From IMG/VR virus record IMGVR_UViG_3300022907_000005, positions 1 to 64,000 of that record: a stretch of DNA of 64,000 bases, one strand, 5' to 3'. A model generated the notes under the pieces. That model saw only the letters and a list, made by a program, of their open reading frames with translations. It searched no databases and was not told the origin of the DNA. Position 1 is the stretch's first letter. Every line of letters starts with the position of its first letter. Shown in pieces: positions 57,212 through 64,000 of the stretch. The stretch is from a virus. The translations under genes were made by a program, and so were the position numbers.

Positions 57212-59387
57212 TAAGTATTCCCCTGATTATGTAAACAATCTTTACCACATGGTCAATAGAAATTATAGTAAGAGATTTAAATTCTTTTGCTATACTGACG
57301 ATGCCTCTGGATTAGAGAAAGGAATACAAGTCAGAGCGATTCCTGACATAAAGCCATTGCATCCCAAGCACTGGTTTGGCAGAGAAAATTACTGCTGGGA
57401 CAGAGCAAAGTTTCTACTGTTCAATTCTCACTACTGGCTAAAAACGAAAGGACCCTTTTGCTACTTTGATTTAGACGTTGTTATTCAAAATAACATCGAT
57501 GACTTTTTCGAGTTAGCAACCGCTGGTCCGCATATGGTTTACAGTAACTGGGATGACCCAGCAAATCTGAATCATAGAGCATTTAAAAATATCAAAGGCA
57601 CTCCTTATAATTCTAGCGTCATGCTATGGAATAGTGATCAGTGTGAAAAAATATACAATGATGTAATTAAGAATACAGATGTTGTATTTAAAACATTCTT
57701 CAAAGGATCTGATAATTATCACTACTGGCGTGAAGAACACGTTGTGGGTAAAAACTTTTGGAAGTTTCTATCTGATGATTCTGTCTACTCTTACAATAGG
57801 GGTAGAAAATTCCCTGAAGATATTGAAGAACATCTGTACAGAGAAGATGCGCAAATATGTCTGTTCAACACAGACTTAGTTCCAGGTGATCGCGTACAAT
57901 ACAAGCCGCACGAATTGCAGAAAGACTATGACTTGCTGATTCACTGGCATGGTAAAGATGACTTTGAAAGATTGTGGTTACCTAAGCTGCCTGAAAACTT
58001 CTTTGACTATACTACAAAAGACCTAAAAATAATTCAAGACATGGTTGATAGAGAAGACCATGTACAAATAGCAGATAAGTTTTTATCTGAGTTCCCTAGA
58101 TTCACGCGAGAATGGGGTAGATATCACAAAGACTACGACAAGATGAAAAACTGGTTGCAGTTTGAATGGTTGAAAGAACGAGCGATCACAGACCGGTATT
58201 TGAATTATGAAGCACATCAACTCATAAAAGAAAACTATGATTCTGGTGATCTTGTTTCTATGCATAAAACATTTGTCGATGCGTTTCCAGAAGATACTAC
58301 TATCAAAGAAGCTGATCAGAGTATGCTATGGAACATGTCATACGAAGAGATCTGTGAGACCTTCGATACACTGTATGCATATCAACGACAAGATTGGCTA
58401 ATGCAACAGTACAAAGAGAACGGACCGTCTGTTTTCTTTTGGCATGCGACTTATAATGAGCTTGCTGAGTTGTACAAAAAATACTACTTCCACAATCTGA
58501 CTGAGTTGTTTTACGATGAAAGATACGAAGAAGTATTTGAGAGACTCTACAACATCATGCCTAGAGAAGAGTTGCTGCGTGTTCTGAATCAACAGGGCGA
58601 TGATAATACGCTGTTTAAATATTTTCAGAGTTACGGCGAAGAGTTTAGCGACTTGTACAAAGGGCTGTATGATGAGAAGCCTGACGGTGCAATCATACAA
58701 ATGTCTACTGCTAGAAATGATACGGGCAACGAATTCAACGATATCTTTATTGATGGGCAAGAAATGTCTGCAAAGAAACTCGGTGAGATATTTGATGGGT
58801 ACGATGTAAATTGGATTACACTCTCATGCGAAATAGCAGAGCCTGTATTGTGCGACAATTTTACAGAGGTGTGTGAGTTCTTTAATAAGCGAAACATCCC
58901 TATAACTCTGCAAACTAGATTAAAAAATCTAGTATTAGATGTTGATGTCGCTGAAATAGTTTACCTCCCACCTGAAGAAATATCTGAAGAAGAACAGTCT
59001 GTGCAGGACACGATTGATAACAACAAGCCCGTCGATTTAGAAACTCTGCGTAAGTTCTATCACACTATAGAGACTCGCAATAGAAGAACAAAAGCAAAAG
59101 ACAAAGATCCTGTTTGGTGCGATGCAAGAAAGAGTTCATACTTCTACATAAACTCTGCGGGCAATACTTTCCCATGTGCATTCATTGCAAGAGATGTCAC
59201 CGAAAACAAATTATTTCCGTATCATCCTATTGACTACCCTTTCAATATGCAGTATAATGATAGTACAAAGTTTCCTATTGAAGAGATAATATATAATAGC
59301 GATATGCAAAACATAAGTGAACATTTAAAGAGAAATCCTTTGCCTATATGCAAGAAGAAGTGTGGAGATTGTAATGCGTCGTGTTAA
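57180..59387 (+). CDS. GT-A glycosyltransferase fused to helical region and SPASM-like Cys domain
   Basis: KWGDKYS ... FDLDVV ... NSSVMLW; C-terminal WCDA ... YINSAGNTFPCAF ... CKKKC. Confidence 0.75.
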   Translation: MMHFLCMKWGDKYSPDYVNNLYHMVNRNYSKRFKFFCYTDDASGLEKGIQVRAIPDIKPLHPKHWFGRENYCWDRAKFLLFNSHYWLKTKGPFCYFDLDVVIQNNIDDFFELATAGPHMVYSNWDDPANLNHRAFKNIKGTPYNSSVMLWNSDQCEKIYNDVIKNTDVVFKTFFKGSDNYHYWREEHVVGKNFWKFLSDDSVYSYNRGRKFPEDIEEHLYREDAQICLFNTDLVPGDRVQYKPHELQKDYDLLIHWHGKDDFERLWLPKLPENFFDYTTKDLKIIQDMVDREDHVQIADKFLSEFPRFTREWGRYHKDYDKMKNWLQFEWLKERAITDRYLNYEAHQLIKENYDSGDLVSMHKTFVDAFPEDTTIKEADQSMLWNMSYEEICETFDTLYAYQRQDWLMQQYKENGPSVFFWHATYNELAELYKKYYFHNLTELFYDERYEEVFERLYNIMPREELLRVLNQQGDDNTLFKYFQSYGEEFSDLYKGLYDEKPDGAIIQMSTARNDTGNEFNDIFIDGQEMSAKKLGEIFDGYDVNWITLSCEIAEPVLCDNFTEVCEFFNKRNIPITLQTRLKNLVLDVDVAEIVYLPPEEISEEEQSVQDTIDNNKPVDLETLRKFYHTIETRNRRTKAKDKDPVWCDARKSSYFYINSAGNTFPCAFIARDVTENKLFPYHPIDYPFNMQYNDSTKFPIEEIIYNSDMQNISEHLKRNPLPICKKKCGDCNASC

Positions 59388-60189
59388 TTATGTTTGCTCT
59401 AAGTGGGGTACGAAATACGGTCCGCATTTTGTGAACCGACTTAAAAATATGGCATTCAGAAATACTTCATCTGAGTTTGAAGCGCATTTCTATTGCTATA
59501 CCGATAATGCAGAGGGTTTAGATGCCGACATCAATGTTATCGATTTTCCTGATATTCCTAATATCCATCCTAAGTATTGGTTTGGTGCTGAAGATTTTAA
59601 GTATGGTATGGCTCGTTGTTGGGACAGGCCTAAGACTTTTGTTTTCAACACTCACAATTTTGCTCATGACAAGCCTACTGGTCGTTTTGTTTTTTTCGAT
59701 CTCGATGTTATCATCCAACGCGACCTTACTCCTATTATAACATATAACTTGGAGCGACCTACTAAGATGAAGTCTTGGTGGCAAGATCCTAGACCAATGA
59801 ATACGAGACGATTTAAACTTTCCCATGGTGCGTATACTAATGGTAGTTGCCAAGTCTGGAGTGACGATCAATGCGAACCTATTTGGAATGATGTATTAGA
59901 AAATCAAGAAAAGATATGGTTCACATTTACTGATGGTACCGACAATTATCATAGTTGGCGTTGGGGTAGATATGGCGCAGATCTCTGGGATCACTTTCCC
60001 AGCTGGATGGCATACTCTTACAATCGAGGCAGGTCGTGGGACGAAGATGATTTGAATGTAGGTATCTACAGGGACAATTGCATCGTATGTGTGTTCAATG
60101 TTGACTTACTTCCGTTTGAAGATGAAAGCAGAGGTAGCACGAAACAAGATGAATTGGTAGATCCAAATTTACTGGCACATTGGAAATGA
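59374..60189 (+). CDS. GT-A glycosyltransferase (paralog 3)
   Basis: KWGTKYG, CYTDN, FFDLDVII, NGSCQVW, GTDNY. Confidence 0.8.
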   Translation: MRRVNYVCSKWGTKYGPHFVNRLKNMAFRNTSSEFEAHFYCYTDNAEGLDADINVIDFPDIPNIHPKYWFGAEDFKYGMARCWDRPKTFVFNTHNFAHDKPTGRFVFFDLDVIIQRDLTPIITYNLERPTKMKSWWQDPRPMNTRRFKLSHGAYTNGSCQVWSDDQCEPIWNDVLENQEKIWFTFTDGTDNYHSWRWGRYGADLWDHFPSWMAYSYNRGRSWDEDDLNVGIYRDNCIVCVFNVDLLPFEDESRGSTKQDELVDPNLLAHWK

Positions 60190-60767
60190 ACGAAATACGA
60201 GTTTGGAATAATCGAAACTGGCTTTGGCCTGTAGAAGATTATTTCTGCTGGAGAGACAACACACATTTCCATGCTACAATGCCGTATGATATTATTGATA
60301 CGATAGGCAATGTTTCAACAGTAGTCCACGCAGGAGGTAACTGCGGCATCTATACGTCAATGTATGCATCGCTTGCAAATGAAGTTATAACATTTGAGCC
60401 AGAGCTAAACAATTTTAAATGCCTGTTGCATAATGTGTATGAAGAGAATGTGATAATGCATAACGCAGCATTGGGTGATAAGACTACTGGTGTTAGTATT
60501 TCAATAGATCCAATAAACGCTGGCGCATCTTATGTAATAGGAGAGGGGCTTATACCTCAAGTTAGACTAGATGATTATAACTATGCTCCCGACTTGTTGC
60601 ATTTAGATGTAGAAGGGTACGAAGAGTATGCATTGTTAGGCGCACTTGAAACTATAGAAGAACATCGACCTGCCATTGTGCTTGAAAGAGGCAATGGTGA
60701 AGATATAATTTACGATTTAGGATATAAGAGCGTGAAAAAATTCGGTCTAGACTGGCTTTACATATGA
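60186..60767 (+). CDS. FkbM-family SAM methyltransferase
   Basis: HAGGNCG, FEPE, NAALG, HLDVEGYE. Confidence 0.88.
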   Translation: MNEIRVWNNRNWLWPVEDYFCWRDNTHFHATMPYDIIDTIGNVSTVVHAGGNCGIYTSMYASLANEVITFEPELNNFKCLLHNVYEENVIMHNAALGDKTTGVSISIDPINAGASYVIGEGLIPQVRLDDYNYAPDLLHLDVEGYEEYALLGALETIEEHRPAIVLERGNGEDIIYDLGYKSVKKFGLDWLYI

Positions 60768-61438
60768 ACATTTATACTGTGAAATGGGGCAGCAAATATG
60801 TTGCTTCTCATGTAAATCAGTTACTGGATAGCTGTAAGCAGCATCTGAGTTGCCCTTTTCAATTTCATTGCATCACTGAAGATGGTGAAGGATTGTCAGA
60901 AGAAATAAATGTTATTCCCATTCCAGAGAACAATCGTATGGAAAAGTGGTGGAATAAAATGTATCTGTTTGATGATTTGATTGTCACTCAGAAAGGTGAA
61001 AAAATGTTCTTTGACTTGGATGTAATCATACAGAAAAATATTGATGTGATTGCAGAATGGGAAACGGGTGACTGCTTGACATTCGTTAAGACATGGTGGC
61101 ATGACTTGGATGATTCGTATGAAAACACTCGCCACATCCCGCATAAATATACAGACTTAAACTCTAGTGTTCTACGTTGGAATGATTCACTTGATACTAG
61201 GGCAATCAAAGAATACTTTTTAAAGTATAAGAAGCAAATTTTATGGTATTATCGTGGGCTTGACAATTTCTTTTATAATAGAAGAGTAGTAAAGCAGAAA
61301 CTGTTTCCAATAGGTTGGGTGTATAGTTTCAATCAGGGCTTCTTGTTTCCGCAAGATACCGAAAAACATGTCTATAGGGAATTGCCCTATATTTGTATTT
61401 TTGACTCAATGGGAAAAAGTGAAGATGTCAAATTCTAA
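60764..61438 (+). CDS. GT-A glycosyltransferase (paralog 4)
   Basis: KWGSKY, CITED, WWNKMYLF, FFDLDVII, NSSVLRW, GLDNF. Confidence 0.8.
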   Translation: MNIYTVKWGSKYVASHVNQLLDSCKQHLSCPFQFHCITEDGEGLSEEINVIPIPENNRMEKWWNKMYLFDDLIVTQKGEKMFFDLDVIIQKNIDVIAEWETGDCLTFVKTWWHDLDDSYENTRHIPHKYTDLNSSVLRWNDSLDTRAIKEYFLKYKKQILWYYRGLDNFFYNRRVVKQKLFPIGWVYSFNQGFLFPQDTEKHVYRELPYICIFDSMGKSEDVKF

Positions 61439-62120
61439 GTTGAACAGTAACTTTCTGAATAACTATAAAAACTGGGGTGAAGCGATGCATGTGATCGAAA
61501 GACGCATGCCGCACAAGCTGACAGATTTTCGTGAATCATTGTCTAATAATAACGTCGAAGCGAGTATATGGCTCGTTGAAGAACTGAAAGAATATCTTGA
61601 GGAGCATTATCTAAAGACAGGTAACTTGCGTGTACTGATATTGAATTCTTGGCTCGGCATTCCAATGGTACCATTGTTGTGTGAGAATCTAGATATTTCA
61701 CAGTTGCATTTGGTTGATATAGACGAAGAGGCAATTGAACTATCTAAGATTTTTCACAAGTACTACGCGCAAGAAAAGTTCATCAAGACTAGGCATCACA
61801 ACCTAGACATCCCGTTTGAATTTGACAATCTAAACAAGATTGAAGTTGATGTTGTAGTGTGCGTTCAGACTGAACAGATGTATCCTCTCAAAGATCTACG
61901 AACAAAGAATCCGCATGCTGTGTTCGCATTGCAAAATAGCAATGTCGTAGAAGAGATGTATGGCATAAATTGTGTTGATTCAATCGATGCACTTAAAGAT
62001 CAGATTGGATTGGATGAGGTGAACTACGAAGGCTCTAGACCGCAAAACTATTATGCTTGGGACGGTAAGAAAGAGTTTGAAAGGTATATGATTATCGGTC
62101 AACGAGACGGGCTGCTTTAA
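61425..62120 (+). CDS. class I SAM methyltransferase-like protein (degenerate motif I)
   Basis: VLILNSWLG ... LVDIDE ... RYMIIG Rossmann pattern. Confidence 0.55.
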   Translation: MSNSKLNSNFLNNYKNWGEAMHVIERRMPHKLTDFRESLSNNNVEASIWLVEELKEYLEEHYLKTGNLRVLILNSWLGIPMVPLLCENLDISQLHLVDIDEEAIELSKIFHKYYAQEKFIKTRHHNLDIPFEFDNLNKIEVDVVVCVQTEQMYPLKDLRTKNPHAVFALQNSNVVEEMYGINCVDSIDALKDQIGLDEVNYEGSRPQNYYAWDGKKEFERYMIIGQRDGLL

Positions 62121-62749
62121 CAACCCCCTATATCTTCCACCATCATTTCCCACATATCTTTGTCAGGAATGACCATACCAAAAGTGTGTCTAGGTGAATC
62201 AGATCCTGCGCAGTGCCAATAATGCAAATCTTCTGATTCATGCTTGCCGCCATAGTAGCCTACTTTAGCTGACCATCCAGGTGTATCATGTAATGTGATA
62301 ATTTCATCTTCTCGTTTGTCATAATATTTAAACCAACCTTTGCCTCGTGGATTATAGTTGATTAGAATATTGTAACCTGGGCAATCCCAGTTGTTATGCC
62401 ATCCCATGTAATCGCTTGGCATGTAGAATACATGTACAGCACTAAACTTAGCACCTAGAAACTTTACGAGTGCGTCATTAATTTCACTTGACTTTTTTCT
62501 GTGTTCGGCAGGTATATCTGGTCCCGCTTGCAAGTCTCGTATTTTAGATAACTCAGGGGGACCTTTATGTGATGCATCACTCATAACTTCTTGCAAGTAT
62601 TTTCTTGCTGATGCAGTCTCTGAGTTGTGTGCTATCCAGTCTCCGTTCTTATGTACTGGTAGATTCTCATAGTCCGTATCAAAGAACCATTGCATATATG
62701 GTTCTAAGATCTCAATTAATTCTGGATTAATTTTTTCTAATATCTTCAT
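62117..62749 (-). CDS. putative 2OG-Fe(II)/cupin oxygenase-like protein
   Basis: YMGWHNN ... YWHCAG ... RHTFG. Confidence 0.55.
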   Translation of the reverse strand: MKILEKINPELIEILEPYMQWFFDTDYENLPVHKNGDWIAHNSETASARKYLQEVMSDASHKGPPELSKIRDLQAGPDIPAEHRKKSSEINDALVKFLGAKFSAVHVFYMPSDYMGWHNNWDCPGYNILINYNPRGKGWFKYYDKREDEIITLHDTPGWSAKVGYYGGKHESEDLHYWHCAGSDSPRHTFGMVIPDKDMWEMMVEDIGGC

Positions 62750-63458
62750 TACGTTCTAAATCACTTTTAGGTATCGTGTAATGAAAAATCACACGTTCAG
62801 TATCTTCTAACTCTTTGTCAAAATACCCTATAACAAAATTCCATCTTGCATCAGGCTTAGGAAACTCACCTACATTTATAATGTCTTTATACTCTGTCTT
62901 GTTCAACAGATACCACATTGAGAATGTATCCCAGCGTCTAACTTCCCACGGATAAGGATCAGAGTTCCAATCAGGTTCGAGTTGTTTCATATACTGCTCG
63001 TACCAAGCATCCATTAATTTAAAAGTATGTTCATTACTCTTATAAACAAAAAGACCACAGTGCCAAATCATTTCTTCGGTATCAGAAAGTTTAGTAATCT
63101 TAGCGTTGTATGGGCGATTGCGCGTGAAGACTATATCGTGGTCATCACAGAAATCAAACACGTCCGCAATATCTTCTGATTCAATTATTGTGTCCGCGTC
63201 TATGTATAAGGTTCTATCGTATGGAGTTTTTGATAGTGCCCATAGTTTTGCTCTGATATTTTTCGGCACATCTTCTGTAATGATTGTGTCGAATATCTCA
63301 TAGTCTTCTTCTTCAACCCACCATTCGTGCGTTGCTAAAGTTATCTTTGCTTCAGGATAAAAGTCTAACAGAGACTCGGCAGACTTCTTTGCTGCGTAGT
63401 AGTAAGATTTGTTTACTGAAGCGACATAGATGTAGCCGTTATTCAACATCTGCGGCAT
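62727..63458 (-). CDS. GT8-like nucleotide-diphospho-sugar transferase
   Basis: RAKLWALSKTPYDRTLYIDADT, HCGLFVY, RWN, HYT. Confidence 0.8.
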   Translation of the reverse strand: MPQMLNNGYIYVASVNKSYYYAAKKSAESLLDFYPEAKITLATHEWWVEEEDYEIFDTIITEDVPKNIRAKLWALSKTPYDRTLYIDADTIIESEDIADVFDFCDDHDIVFTRNRPYNAKITKLSDTEEMIWHCGLFVYKSNEHTFKLMDAWYEQYMKQLEPDWNSDPYPWEVRRWDTFSMWYLLNKTEYKDIINVGEFPKPDARWNFVIGYFDKELEDTERVIFHYTIPKSDLERNEDIRKN

Positions 63459-63873
63459 ACTCTGATTGCATCAGAATAGTAGCATATGCTTGTGCCTCAA
63501 TAGGAGACTTGGCTTTTCGGATAAGTTTTTTGAGTTCTTTGTTCTTGGACTTCTTGACTAAATCAATTTCAAAGATCTCTAGCTTCATGTTGAAAAGAAT
63601 CTCTTGCTTTTGACGTTGGAACTTTTGTTCTTCTTGTTCTCTTCGCCTGGCTTGCTGCTTCTTTTGACCATCTTTATGGATCTGAGTTCTTTGATCTAAG
63701 CCCTCGATACCAAATTGTTCAACGATAGCATCATAGTCTTGATTGACTCCGCCTTCACTTTCAGGTCCAGCAATAACATGCGCTACTGAATACTCGCCAT
63801 TGCCTTGCAGCATTTCACATACAAGATGTCTTCTCTTTTTATCCTGCCAGATAGGATTTCTATATTTTTCCAT
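63439..63873 (-). CDS. hypothetical protein
   Basis: 144 aa, GGAG SD, charged coiled coil. Confidence 0.75.
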   Translation of the reverse strand: MEKYRNPIWQDKKRRHLVCEMLQGNGEYSVAHVIAGPESEGGVNQDYDAIVEQFGIEGLDQRTQIHKDGQKKQQARRREQEEQKFQRQKQEILFNMKLEIFEIDLVKKSKNKELKKLIRKAKSPIEAQAYATILMQSEYAADVE

Positions 63874-63909
63874 AATATAACTCCACTTGTTTTATAATTA
63901 TACAATTAT

Positions 63910-64000
63910 TTATGCGATTCGTAGGAACAGTTTCTTAGACTCTTGTGTTGAGGATGTCGCCTGAACAGTGGCACCTACATAAGTGCCAGTGAAACTTTGC
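63910..64000 (-). CDS. C-terminal fragment of an upstream gene (fibre-like)
   Basis: ...QSFTGTYVGATVQATSSTQESKKLFLRIA* runs off the window edge. Confidence 0.55.
   Translation of the reverse strand, partial: QSFTGTYVGATVQATSSTQESKKLFLRIA

Noticed and set aside
1-64000. Stop-codon reassignment
   Set aside because: Core genes are full length in the standard code and TAA, TAG and TGA all serve as stops

Overview
64 kb of a large T4-like myovirus genome, probably aquatic and infecting a Gram-negative host. Almost all genes lie on the minus strand. Left to right: early-type small ORFs and a lysis-like block (EF-hand membrane protein, DUF1353, overlapping spanins); the T4 replication core (41, uvsX, MazG-like, 43, regA, 62/44/45, 46/47, 55, uvsW, uvsY) with accessory genes (Hsp20, peroxiredoxin, MoxR/CobS plus peptidase-vWA, ClpP-like, peptide deformylase, cytidylyltransferase); a 7-deazaguanine DNA-modification cluster between genes 55 and 47 (queE, PRTase, SGNH, folE, DEDD nuclease, TGT-like dpdA, QueD-paralog dpdL-like, GT-B glycosyltransferase, queD; no queC in the window); the head/tail module (3, 23, 22, 21, 20-13); modular fibre genes; and a divergent glycosyltransferase/methyltransferase island. 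The most striking observation is that the DpdA-like transglycosylase and a GT-A glycosyltransferase end in the same clamp-binding-type peptide as the DNA polymerase ([S/T]LE[D/S]LF), suggesting clamp-tethered deazaguanine insertion and DNA glycosylation. Also notable: apparently leaderless sigma70 transcripts for gene 43 and queE, an antisense sigma70 promoter upstream of gene 55, IHF-consensus sites at early promoters, and a ROSE-like element before hsp20. All calls come from motif recognition by eye; no database searches were run.
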